38,458 nucleotides of DNA from Octopus bimaculoides (GCF_001194135.2 NC_068982.1:128546062-128584519); one strand, 5' to 3'; shown: positions 11,058-22,433, counted from the stretch's first letter. The notes: generated by a model not told the origin, from the sequence alone. A program made the numbers and translations.

Positions 11058-11644
11058 CTGAAAAATTAACATGTAAAAGTAAAAAAATTAGAAAATAATA
11101 AATAGAAGATAAAATATAAAACTAGAAGAAAGAAAATATTTAATATCATCTATAACTAACACAGTTGAATCTATTTACATTAAGAGCTAAGCTATAGTTT
11201 ATAATTAAACAATAGTTAAGATGTGAAGGTATTTCTCTTTATTTCACTAATATTAATAACTAATCTGTAAAATACAAGTAAATTTTCCAATTTAGCAAAT
11301 GACCAAACTCAGTGCTTACCATTTAAATACTCAAGTCATTCAGAGTATAAAATTATAGTTTTGAGGGTTTTTTTTTTTTTTTGTACCTCACCTGTACTAA
11401 TATTCTTATAAGTACAGGTGGAATAAAAAGAGAATTGTACCTTTAGAATAGACTTTTCTAAGTACCTTTATAAGTTACTTGTTATTTAAGGTGGGAATTA
11501 ATTAAACTGGGTAACAGGTTCCCCTTCATACAAATTGATAATTTTGTATTGTTTTTAATTGTGTGTAATTAGAATGAATAATTAATTTTCAATTTTTGGT
11601 TTCTAATTTGAACCAAAATTGTCTTTTTTTTTTGGAAGGTATTA

Positions 11645-11979
11645 NNNNNNNNNNNNNNNNNNNNNNNNNNNNNNNNNNNNNNNNNNNNNNNNNNNNNNNN
11701 NNNNNNNNNNNNNNNNNNNNNNNNNNNNNNNNNNNNNNNNNNNNNNNNNNNNNNNNNNNNNNNNNNNNNNNNNNNNNNNNNNNNNNNNNNNNNNNNNNNN
11801 NNNNNNNNNNNNNNNNNNNNNNNNNNNNNNNNNNNNNNNNNNNNNNNNNNNNNNNNNNNNNNNNNNNNNNNNNNNNNNNNNNNNNNNNNNNNNNNNNNNN
11901 NNNNNNNNNNNNNNNNNNNNNNNNNNNNNNNNNNNNNNNNNNNNNNNNNNNNNNNNNNNNNNNNNNNNNNNNNNNNNNN
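11645..11979. other. Assembly gap (335 N) inside an intron of the Ig gene
   Basis: Run of N; could hide an exon. Confidence 1.
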
Positions 11980-12241
11980 ATATATATATATGATGATGAT
12001 AATTGAAATATATATATATATATATATATATATCTCTTATAATTCTGGTTTTGTCCATGGATTGAGTAGACTATAGCCCAAGATGTACTCAATACTTCAA
12101 ACATGCAGAGTCAATATTTCTTTTATTAACCAGATGATGCCTTACAATTGTACAGCTGTTTGTGTTAAACACTTGTACTATTGACATGTATCAATTGGGT
12201 GATAAAAAAGAAACAATATATATAAACATATATACATACAT

Positions 12242-12272
<31 letters not shown>

Positions 12273-12770
12273 CGCACGCACGCACGCACACACAAATATT
12301 ATATAGACACATACATAAATATGTGTGTGTATGTATATTATTAATGTTTGTCTTATGCCAGATTATAATAAGGCAATATTACATTAAACCAAGGAGTTAC
12401 TCAATACTTTTTGTATAGTACATATGTATTATTCTTTAACAAGAAAACAGTGATGTTGAAGTCTCAGCCTATTTCTTTTTCATACGACTGACTGTCTGAT
12501 GGAAGCTAAGCAGGCCAGAACTTCGAAGTCACTCTCAACACCATTCTTATTAAAGAATAATTATATACACATACACTTATGTATAAATGTATAAGGGATA
12601 AAAGATAAATGGTACACACACACACACACATAGTTTCAGAGAGAGAGAGAGAGAGAGAAAGAGAAGGATAGACACACATGTATACACACATACATAAATA
12701 CATGCATGTATTAATCTCAGAAGAAATTAAGCAATGTGTAGAAATAATTCCCATTTTTAACTGTACTTAC

Positions 12771-13643
12771 CTCCAATGTCAAAACTTGAAGAGGTGTTTG
12801 TAGTCCCATATTTATTTGTGGCCTTACTTGAATATGAACCAGCATCAGTTAAATCCAGATCAGTAAGAAACATTGACGAAACATTATCACTGTAAGAAAC
12901 CTTTGACCGTCGGCTTGATGTGGTTTCATTGCTACTTTTGTACCTGCTAATATCTTCATGGCTACTTTTGTACCTGGTAGTATCATCAAGGCTACTTTTG
13001 TACCTGGTAGTGTCTTCGAGGCTACTTTTGTATCTGTTGGTGTCATCCAGGCTACTTATGTACCTGCTAGTGTCATCCAGGCTACTTATGTACCTGCTAG
13101 TGTCATCCAGGCTACTTTTGTATCTGTTGGTGTCTTCAAGGCTACTTTTGTATCTGTTGGTGTCTTCAAGGCTACTTTTGTACCTGCTATTGTCGTCCAG
13201 GCTACTTAGGTACCTGCTAGTGTCATCCAGGCTACTTTTGTACCTGCTGGTGTCTTCAAGGCTACTTTTGTACCTGCTATTGTCGTCCAGGCTACTTAGG
13301 TATCTGCTAGTGTCATCCAGGCTACTTTTGTACCTGCTGGTGTCTTCGAAGCTACTTTTGTACCTGTTAGTATCATCCAGACTACTTTTGTATCTGTAAC
13401 TGTCTTCATGGCTACTTTTGTATCTGTTTACGTCTTCATGGCTACTTTTGTACCTCTTACTGTCATCGTGGCTACTTCTGTACCTGGTTATATCTTCGTG
13501 GCTACTTTTGTACTTGTTAATGTTTTCTTGGCCACTTCTGTACCTGGTAATATCTTCGTGGCTACTTTTGTACCTGTTAACATCAGAAAGAATTTGGCTT
13601 GTATAAGGACGAGATCTTTTCAAGTAATCCATGTCTGTCGTGT
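12771..13643 (-). CDS. Large coding exon (873 nt, phase 1-1): 22 x 10-aa repeats followed by strands D-G of an I-set Ig domain
   Basis: Acceptor caattcatttcag and donor GGAG|gtaagtac. Stop-free 291-codon frame ending SRRSKVSYSDNVSSMFLTDLDLTDAGSYSSKATNKYGTTNTSSSFDIG, which matches the I-set L-x-I...D-x-G-x-Y-x-C-x-A-x-N-x-x-G motif with Ser in place of Cys. Confidence 0.9.
12916..13575 (-). repeat. Coding minisatellite, 22 x 30 bp
   Basis: All 22 units are exactly 30 bp with no frameshift; plus-strand unit about gctacttttgtacctgctagtgtcatccag. Confidence 0.97.
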
Positions 13644-14318
13644 CTGAAATGAATTGGATTATATGAGAGAAGGAGGGCTGTTGAGTGAAGTTCTAACTCA
13701 ACAGGTAGGTCTCGGCAGTGGTTCCAATATAAATGTGACTTTTAGGTTTTTACTTCTTTTGCATCTAAAGCCCTCTGCCCTGAGTATTAACATTTATTTC
13801 TGATATCCTGAAGTTTATTCTGTTGGCAGCAAGTTATTAAAAATAAACTTTCAATTTACATTTATTTGTACAGATAGAGCTCCACTATTGGCTTTTGTTT
13901 TTGTTGTTTGTTTTTATTTGAAGAAAGTTTTTCCTAAGTTCAGAATGGTTGTCGAAGCTGCTCATGCCACTGCTGCTGCTGCTGCTGCTGGTCCATCTCT
14001 ACTAGCTGTGATGCTTTCTCTTGTGCTACCCACTGCTTCTAAGATATGAAAGATTGTATTCATGAAGGTGGGAGTTACCTCAGCAAGCACAAGTGGCATA
14101 TACTATTTTTTCCAAAAATCATTGGTAATGTTCAGTAAACACCCACACATACACATACTAAGTTACTATTACATAGCTACTCATATCATTAGTTAGTGTA
14201 TAAGGAGCAGCAGCAGTAGCAATGGTAGCATCTACAAGACCAGACCCAGGAATACTTATTTATAAACAGCTGATAGGTAGCTTGATTTTAAACTATATAT
14301 TTTCTCAGTTCATCTTAC

Positions 14319-14352
14319 CCTGTGTTGTCATAGCAACTGAGATAAAATTATC
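14319..14352 (-). CDS. Candidate short exon (34 nt, phase 0-1): DNFISVAMTTQ; ATG at 14331-14329 may be a start codon
   Basis: Acceptor ctgcctttctag after a long pyrimidine tract and strong donor CAGG|gtaaga. Joins in frame to 13643, giving MTTQDTTDMDYL. Confidence 0.6.
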
Positions 14353-15574
14353 CTAGAAAGGCAGCACAATTTTGGCAGAAGTGCAAGAATAAAAGATAAT
14401 ACAGGTAATACATGAAATTTGACACTGAGTAAGTTATATACCACCTACCGTCTGGGGCTGCTACAGATAGTCCGTTTCTTTTCTTTCTTTTTCTTATTTT
14501 TTTTTCTTTCTAGAAAGAAGCAGCTATTTCCAAAGAAAGCTTTTTTACTTGGATACTATTTTTGTAGTTTTTAATGATATTAGCAATCAATACCCTTCAA
14601 GCTAAATCAGTAGTCACTAACATCACACAAAGTAGTTAGTTTTAGAAAAAATATTTTTTAGCTGCTTCTTTGAAAATCTGTTATCAAATTATGATTCGTG
14701 TTTATTAGCGGTTGTAAATATTTTTCATTTTAATTTCTGACATGCTACCATCATTCCTGACATGATACTTAATATTTTGCATTATCTAAACTTATTTTAG
14801 TTCCACAAACATCTTCATAAGTGATATATTATACATTCTCAAACTTTTGCACTGGAAATAAATAAGGTGGCTTGTTAAAACTTAAAAGTTGCTACCTGTG
14901 CTTCCATGTAAGTTGTAACTTAGTCTTTTTCACAAAAGAAGTTAACATATTTGAAAGAGATAAATAGTTACCATATTTTCTTCTACCATTTTTTCACTGC
15001 TTTAATATGCAAAAGATTATGATAGATAAGTTTTCATATAAAGAGCCTGCAGGTGGGCCATTAACCAAAAGTTTAACAGTTTATAGCAATCCTATTTGCA
15101 GCATTGCACTGTAGCCCTATCAAAGATACCTGATTCTCAATAACCCATTTTCCTTACCTGTACACAGGTACCATGCAAAGGTCTTGTTACTTACACAACA
15201 TAATCAGAGTCAGTGGGATTGTTATAAAGTACATCATACAGATTTCAATGATAGGTAAAATATTACAAAAATGTTACACACCTGACTTTAATGAAGATAG
15301 AAAGAGTAAATACAGTGCAAAAATAGTAAGTTATACACTTGAGACGTGTAATACTTAAATGTGCAGTAAATGAAGATTATCAGAATCTTACTAGGGCTCT
15401 TAAAATCTGATGTGATTATTGAATGAAAAGAAAGTAAAAATGCCACTGGAATTTAAATGTTGTGAATCAGGCTTGTCTTAAGAGCAGTCAATGCGAAATA
15501 ACATTTACAAATGTCACAGTTGATGGAAAAAGTGATCTGGAAACCTCCCCAGATCTGGCAATGTCAAAGAAAAT

Positions 15575-16058
15575 GGTAAGATAATATGTTAGAAAGAACC
15601 AGACTGTGGCTACCTTGGAGTACTGCCTTGACAGTTTACCGCCTCCAGTACTTGTATCTTTAAGTGTGGTACTTATTCTGTCAGTCTCTTTTGCCAAACC
15701 ACTTGGTTACAAGAATGTAAACAAACTAACACTGATTGCTAGCAATGGAGTGTTAGTTTGTTTACATTCTTGTAACTAAGTCGTTTGGCAAAAGAGACAG
15801 GCAGAATAAATACCACACTGATTGCTAGCAATGGAATGAGGGCTCAAACACAAACATAAAGGTACACACATACATATGCATACACATATATGCATAGATA
15901 TGGCAGGCATCCAGTCTCCATCTACCAAATTCCCTTACAAGGCATTGGTTGATCCAGGGCTATATTGGAAAACGCTAACCTAAAGTGCTCTGCTGTGAAA
16001 CTGAATCCAAGACCATGTGGTTGCAAAGCAAGCTTCTCAATTGCACAGCCATGCCTCC
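15575..16058 (-). mobile_element. Diverged full-length CORE-like SINE containing an internal inverted duplication
   Basis: Tail at about 15600-15733, internal microsatellite remnant at 15860-15900 and head at 15905-16058 align to the copy at 35881-36291. Confidence 0.75.
15663..15834. repeat. 71-bp inverted repeat with a 15-bp spacer that is duplicated after the right arm
   Basis: 15663-15733 versus 15749-15819 are reverse complementary with about 5 mismatches; gattgctagcaatgg occurs at 15734-15748 and 15820-15834. Confidence 0.95.
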
Positions 16059-16144
16059 ATTACATCACAGTATCACTGTATGGACCATACTTTCAGATGT
16101 TGTTATACACTGTTGGTCATAATACGCTTCACATCCTTTTAGCT

Positions 16145-16350
16145 TTTGAATGATGTCACCCTGCTGGCTAAGCAGGCAGGCCAACATTTCCATCAGTCCA
16201 TCACAAGAGTATCCATTTACAGCTGAGTGGACTGGAGCAATGTAAAATAAAATGCTTTGCTCAAAAACACAATGCACAGCCATTCTAAAAATTGAAACCC
16301 CAATATTCTAATCATAAGTGCAACACCCTAATCACTATGTCATGTGCCTT
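16145..16350 (-). mobile_element. tRNA-derived SINE (third family), diverged
   Basis: tacagctgagtggactggagcaatgtaaaataaaatgctttgctcaa...accctaatcactatgtcatgtgccttca; related to 34450-34774 and 34900-35030. Confidence 0.65.
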
Positions 16351-17550
16351 CATCTGTACTACATAATGTAAATATACATATATATAAAAAAGAAAGATAA
16401 TAGGATTGCTTCATTCTATGCATTCATTTTGCATCTGTATTCCTGAAGACCATGATACCAATGATACTATGAATAGGACCAGGACTTGGAACAATGAAAC
16501 TTCTTCGGATCATAACACAACCCTGCTTTCTTACACAGTGCTTTGAAACTAGAGCAATTTCTCACATACATCTGGGCCACCAGTTCTGTGCTGGTTGAAC
16601 TTAATTTAGGCTGTCCACTCCACTGGCAACTGAAATGACTGCTCTATCAGTGATAGATCCATGAACATGACCCAAAGGAAAGACAAAAGCCAAAGATTAC
16701 AGCTGATATAAAACAGAGTCTGGACATATACAACAGATTTGAAGCTATCAGTGAATCTGTTTGCAGAGGATTTGAATAATCTGATTAAACCAGGGCATGA
16801 TTTCTGGCTGGATGCCTTTTCTAATGCCAACCACTTTATAGAATGTACTAGGTGCTTTTCTCATGGCAACAGCACAAGTGAATATTGCCTTGTAACTTGC
16901 AAGGCTAAGGGTCTAAATGGTCCCTATAACAGAGAAAGAACAAAAGAGAGAGTGAGTAATGATTCTAGGGAGGAGGTAAAAAGGAGGTTAAGTAAGATGA
17001 GAGGAACAGATTTATTTAAGGTGTGTAAGGTAAAAAAGTACACGAGAAAAGGAAAAGGAAAAGAAAAGATATTAGTGACAGGGGTCAAAAGTGGACAGAG
17101 ATGTTGTGTAGGTGTCTAGGAAAAGGGAACAAATTTTAAAAACCTGCTCAGGGACTCTAAAATTATGGTACTGAATATTCTTCAGAATTGCTATAAGCAC
17201 TAAATATCACTATCCTTTGCAAGATTCTTCATCAAAAGAAATATAGCTAGTTGTTGGTTTTGGGGTGTATCATCAAAAAAAATTTTTTTTAATTAGAAAG
17301 AACACTGGGATCTATAGGGGTGGGGTGGGGGTGTTTATCTCATCTTACTCTTAAGAATTTTCATTCTAATCATTTTCTCATTTGAAATCCATTCTCTAAC
17401 TAAACAGAAGATTCTGTCATAACTGAACTAACTGCATGAAGATAAAGTTACATTGTTCTAAACAAATGCAGCTGTAAATAAAATGAAAACGTCACTAATG
17501 AATAACTTTTACCAGGCCACCAAATTATATGGAGCTGAAACTTCACACAG

Positions 17551-17609
<59 letters not shown>

Positions 17610-17769
17610 GAGAAAGACACACACATGCACAACTGTTTATTCATGACTGTACAGTTGTAAAGTGAACTTCTAACCCCCATGCTTTGGGGTCCCATCATAC
17701 TGTAGAATACCTAGAGCAAATGTCTTCTACTATAGCCTCAGTGTGATAAATGCCTTGAGAGTGTGAAAT

Positions 17770-19850
17770 TCTTTAGAGAGGTTGGGATGCGATAATGTTT
17801 CTTGATGTGCGCACTGATGGCTTTTTTGTTATTGAAGAAGACAAGGTTGGCATGATGCCATTGGAGGATGTTTTCAAGGTCTCTGTTCAAGGAGTTAGTG
17901 CAGGTGTAGCATGAGGTGTATTGGTTGTATGTGTATGAAGCTTGACTATGGAAGGTTAGAGAGGAATAAAGGGTGGTGTCAATTGTGTAGGAGTGAACCT
18001 TGTTGGAGGTGATGGTAAATAATCGTTTATGTATAGAAGAAAAAGTATGACGGCTAAAATAAAACCCTGGTGCAAACCATAATTGACAGAGGGAAGGTTG
18101 CAGAATGCACTATCAGCACACACTGTAAGTGTGTGACCTGAGAGGAATACATTGATCCAAGAGATGAGGCATGAATAAAGCTGATAGGCAGGCAGTTTTT
18201 CAAATATTCATATGCCAGATATTGATGAAAGCATTGCTGATATCAAGAGCAACAATACCAGACATGGATAAATGCCTTGCTGATACTGAGAGCAATAACA
18301 CTGCTTTTATCAAACTTCTCGAGTGCAGCAGCATCCGGTGAGTAATATAGGGCAATAAGTTTCAAGTAATTATAATAAACATTAATTGTAGTTATTTAGG
18401 AGGAGAGAAATTCAAGCTGTTACAGGGTTTTTGCTAATGGCTGCCTCCATCTTTGAGATGTTTTCTATGAGTGTAATAAGACAGTAGTTGGCAGGGTCAG
18501 AGAAATTTTACTTCCAGAGAATGGAACAAGTGGTAGATTGTTACTAAAGATCACAGAGGATAACTGAAGAAGCATTATCAGCACTAGTAGCCTTTTTGAT
18601 TTGAAGTGACCAGAGTTACTTTTGTACTTTGCATGTATGTGTGTTTGGTGGTGAGCTTAGTGGAATGGAATAGAAGGGAAAGCTTTGAAGGATAATTATT
18701 TCACATGTACAGTGTTGTTTCGAATGCAAAGTTAACATTGATGCTGGAGATTTTCTCCACAAGAGTGTCGCTCACAAAACCATCATCGTTAAGAAGTGGG
18801 AGGGAAAAAAATTGCACAAAGTTGATAGAGATGTTCTTGACAATTGACCAGAAGGATTGGTTGCAGTTTAATAAGTGTGAGAGCTTATGATTGTTCAATA
18901 TATGGAAGCATTCAGCAGAGCACCTCATCTACACATACTGTAACTATGAGATCTGATAGAATGACATTGATCCAAGAGATGAGACATGAATAGAGCCTAT
19001 AGATAGATATTGATATGTGCAGAATGTAGAGAGAAATGCATAATATGATAGTTTCAGTCACCTGCTCGGCTGTTTCTGTCAAGGGTGAGGTGCATATGAT
19101 GTCAGGGATAGTTATCTTAGAAGTGGCAGAGTTCTGACCAATTAGCTAACTCAAAGTGCCACTATGTCTAGGAGGTAGTGGGAGTACTGTGTATTATGTG
19201 GACGCATGGTCAATAATAATGATAAGGCAGTGATGAGATGATTGGTTAGGTACAGAGACAGATATGATCTAGTAGAGCTTAGTTTGGAGACAAAAAAATA
19301 GATCATAGGTATTGGGAGTGACTGTATGTTGGTCAGTGATGCATGTAGGGGATGGAATGAGTTGATGTAGAGAGCAGAAGATTGCTAAAGATTTGGTTTA
19401 TGCACTGGTGGCATCAGAATAGGTGGGTGTCAGTGTTAAGGAGTGTTGTGAGTGCTGAAGTCATTGATAATGGAGACTTTGGAGTGGAGCAGGGTGAGAC
19501 AGATATCACTAATGCAAGAAGGGATAAGATATGATCTTGGTTTGAGGAGTTTGGAGAGTGGTAGAGAGGGCAAAACTATTTGAAGGAGTAGAAAAGGGAG
19601 ACTTTGAACCAAAGTAACTGGAAGTTTATAGCTAACATCAGAGGATGGAGAGAGTAAAATTTACAAATGTGCTGACACCAACTTTTGACATGAAGTTTGA
19701 GTAAAGAGTTCAATGTAGAGAGCAGAGATGGACTACAGATAGGAGTTGACTATAGATAGAGATTTGTATCTTAGGCAGGAATAGGATGTGTGGTTTGTGT
19801 GTTAGTAAGAGGTGATGATGTATGAAATGTAAGTTGAATCAGAGTCCCAA
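17770..19850 (-). mobile_element. Heavily decayed L2/CR1-superclade LINE ORF2 (APE endonuclease plus RT)
   Basis: Degenerate motifs in expected order on the minus strand: HILFLP.TQI (about 19780), INDFSTHN for GDFNxHN (about 19460), QSFWSIVKNISINF (about 18830), DPANYCLITL for NYRPISL (about 18490), GLHQGFIL for GVPQGS (about 18070), YINDY/IDTTL (about 18000). Confidence 0.75.
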
Positions 19851-20694
19851 TGGAAGAAAAATATTCTGCTGGGTTTAGTTTTATCTTCTGAGATTTAGGG
19901 AAGTGTAGGAGCTGTTGGTATGTCATGATGCCATAGTAACCATTTGTCTAGTTTAAATGCTTGCAACAGTGTAAATTCTGGTAAAAGAACTTCATATAAC
20001 CATCTGGTGATTTTAAAGTGGGTGGTGTGAAGAGTCTAATCACCCCCATCCACACAAAAGGTTGGGTAGGATTCTATGCCATATACAACAGGACTACATA
20101 TTCATGCACAAACAGATGTAGGACCATAATGTAAGTAAACCCTCAGATACACACAGCTAGTCAAATCTACAGACACATGCCAGGATGGAAAACAATGATG
20201 ATGAGGTGGATGGTGTGTGCATGCTGACATGTGGTTACACTCAATTGGTTCTTGATGAATTACCAAAGTTAAACAGACAGAATCAGCATAAAAAGAATCT
20301 GTTTATCTTTTAATAAAGTATAATATTGATAAACAAAAGAAATAATAATGCTGCCAGATTTATTTACACTTTACATCTGTTTACTTTGTAGAAGTTTTGC
20401 CAGGGATGAGATTTTGAATACTGCTGGTATAATGTTCTTCCATTGCTTCAATAACATGCAAATGTTTAAAATTTCTGAAATCTCCTCTTAAGGCAAACAA
20501 CTTCAGTGACATAAATCTGCCTTTATCTATGCTAATTAAAACAGGTAGAATTAAATTTCTTGTTGAGAGGTACAACACAAAAACCATGGATCATGGATTC
20601 AATTCTATCATATTCTTCATGTTTATGGAAGAACATATAATGATTAAGCTTTGTAAAGAGATTAAACATAAAACCTCAAAGAAAATACTTTGAT

Positions 20695-20848
20695 AGGAGC
20701 AGGCATGGCAGTGTGATTAAGCAGCTCACTTTGCAACCATGTGATTTCAGGTTCAATCCCACCTTTGACAAGAGTCTTCTACTATAACATCAGGCCAACC
20801 AAAGCCTTAGGAGTGAATTTGATAGATGGAAACTGTGTGAAGATCTGT

Positions 20849-20870
<22 letters not shown>
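20695..20870 (+). mobile_element. 5' half of CORE-like SINE
   Basis: Head gcaggcatggcagtgtgattaag...ggttcaatccc and body ccaaccaaagccttaggagtgaatttgatagatggaaact. Confidence 0.75.
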
Positions 20871-20879
<9 letters not shown>

Positions 20880-20898
20880 TCTTTTTTTTTATTATTTT

Positions 20899-21080
20899 AT
20901 TTGTTTCAGTCATTTGACAGTTGCCATGCTGGAGCACTGCCTTTAGTTGAACAAATCTCCCCCAGGATTTATTCTTTGTAAGCCTAGTACTTATTCTATC
21001 GGTCTCTTTTGCTGAACCATTAAGTGACGGGGACATAGACACGCCACCTTCGGTTATCAAACGATGCTGGGGGGACAACA

Positions 21081-21117
<37 letters not shown>

Positions 21118-21127
21118 TCACAAACAC

Positions 21128-21199
<72 letters not shown>

Positions 21200-21359
21200 C
21201 AGGCTTCTTTCAGTTTCAGTCTACCAAATCCAATCACAAGACTTTGGTTGGCCCGAGGCTATAGTAGAAAACACTTGCCCAAGGCGCCACGCAGTGTGAC
21301 TGAAACTGGAACCATGTTGTTAGTAAGCAAACTACTTACCACACAGCCACTCTTGCACC
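20899..21359 (-). mobile_element. Full-length CORE-like SINE with internal (CA)n
   Basis: Reverse complement is colinear with 35881-36291 over head, internal microsatellite and tail. Confidence 0.9.
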
Positions 21360-21364
21360 TATAT

Positions 21365-21630
21365 ATGTGTGTGTGTCTCTGTGTGTGTGTCTCTGTGTGT
21401 GTGTCTCTGTGTGTGTGTCTGTGTGTGTGTGTCTTTGTGTTTGTGCTTGCCATCCTCAGTTCCATGGCTTGACAACTGGTGTTCCTTTGTTTACATTCCC
21501 ACAACTAAGCATTTCAGCAGAAGAGACCAAGAAAATAAGTATCAGGCTTAAAAAAGAAACAAAACGCAAACATATGTACTGGGGTCAATTTATTCAACTA
21601 AAAGTCTTCAAGGAAATGCCCCAGCATTGA
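21365..21630 (+). mobile_element. 3' half of an older CORE-like SINE
   Basis: (GT)n followed by ggcttgacaactggtg...gtttacattcc...agagaccaagaaaataagtatcaggctt. Confidence 0.65.
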
Positions 21631-22012
21631 TACCCTGTCATATCAACTATCACGCAACACTTTCTCATATCTTCTATCAACATCCCCCTACCTTTGTCTC
21701 CCACTCATTATAGCCACTACTGCATACATCTGACCTCTGTCTCTATTCCTCTTTCCCCCAATCTTCCGCTCATATTATCTCCCTATTTTCAGATCTATCT
21801 GTATGTTTATTATCTACTATAATAATACTCTCATGTTTTTCTCCGTCACAGCATATGAATGAGAAAGGAAGGGGTGATAGATGAATAAGGAAGGAAGGGG
21901 TGATGGCAAACTTGATAGTGGGTTGATGGAAATTCTACGGTAAAAAAAAATCAAACAGCATTTCAACTCTGTGTGAGTGTATGTGTGTGTATGTAAAAGG
22001 GAGGTATGTGAA

Positions 22013-22054
<42 letters not shown>

Positions 22055-22130
22055 TCAGTTTCTGTTTCTCTGTCTCACTATAACCTTTCATCACCCAACA
22101 CAATACCCTTGAAAGTTTTTTTTTTTTTTT

Positions 22131-22433
22131 GTGCAAGTACTTGGTGGCCCTGTCAGTGCAGGTGCCACTTAAAGGCACCCTGTCCATACTGTAAAGTGGA
22201 TGGTGTTTGGAAGGGCATCCTGCTGTAAAAACCTTGCCAAAACTGACCTCACTTGTGCTTGTGCCATGTAAAAAGCACTAAGTCCACTCTGCTGAGTGGT
22301 AGGTGTTAGGAAGGGCATCCAGCTGTAAAAATCCTGTCAAGACAGTCACAGAACAGAAGTCTGGTGCAGGTTTCTGCCTGGCTGGCTCTTGTCAAACTGT
22401 CCCACCCATGCTAGCATGGAAGGCAGAGGTTAA

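Noticed and set aside
12486-12545. Possible 60-nt exon NGVESDFEVLACLASIRQSV on minus
   Set aside because: Phase 0-0 cannot follow the phase-1 end of the large exon, and the AAG acceptor is weak.
12916-13575. CRISPR-like regular spacing
   Set aside because: Contiguous tandem units without unique spacers, in eukaryotic coding context.
12920-13647. Plus-strand ORFs of 159, 83, 79 and 62 aa over the repeat array (LLLYLLVSSR..., ATFVP...)
   Set aside because: Shadow frames of the 30-bp coding repeat. Only the minus frame has splice sites and leads into an Ig motif.
13900-14060. (CAG)7 at 13970-13990 with short open frames (MDQQQQQQQW..., SSSSSSGMSSF...)
   Set aside because: All frames stop quickly and there is no convincing donor; treated as intronic.
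16570-16629. Possible exon CQWSGQPKLSSTSTELVAQ (phase 2-2) with a C-x-x-x-G-x-P look
   Set aside because: No following Trp strand and no phase link to the gene model; unresolved without RNA data.
20385-20474. Possible 90-nt phase 1-1 exon; another frame gives a Fn3-like YTSSIQNLIPGK
   Set aside because: The Fn3-like frame stops before the Tyr-corner motif, and the open frame has no recognisable domain.
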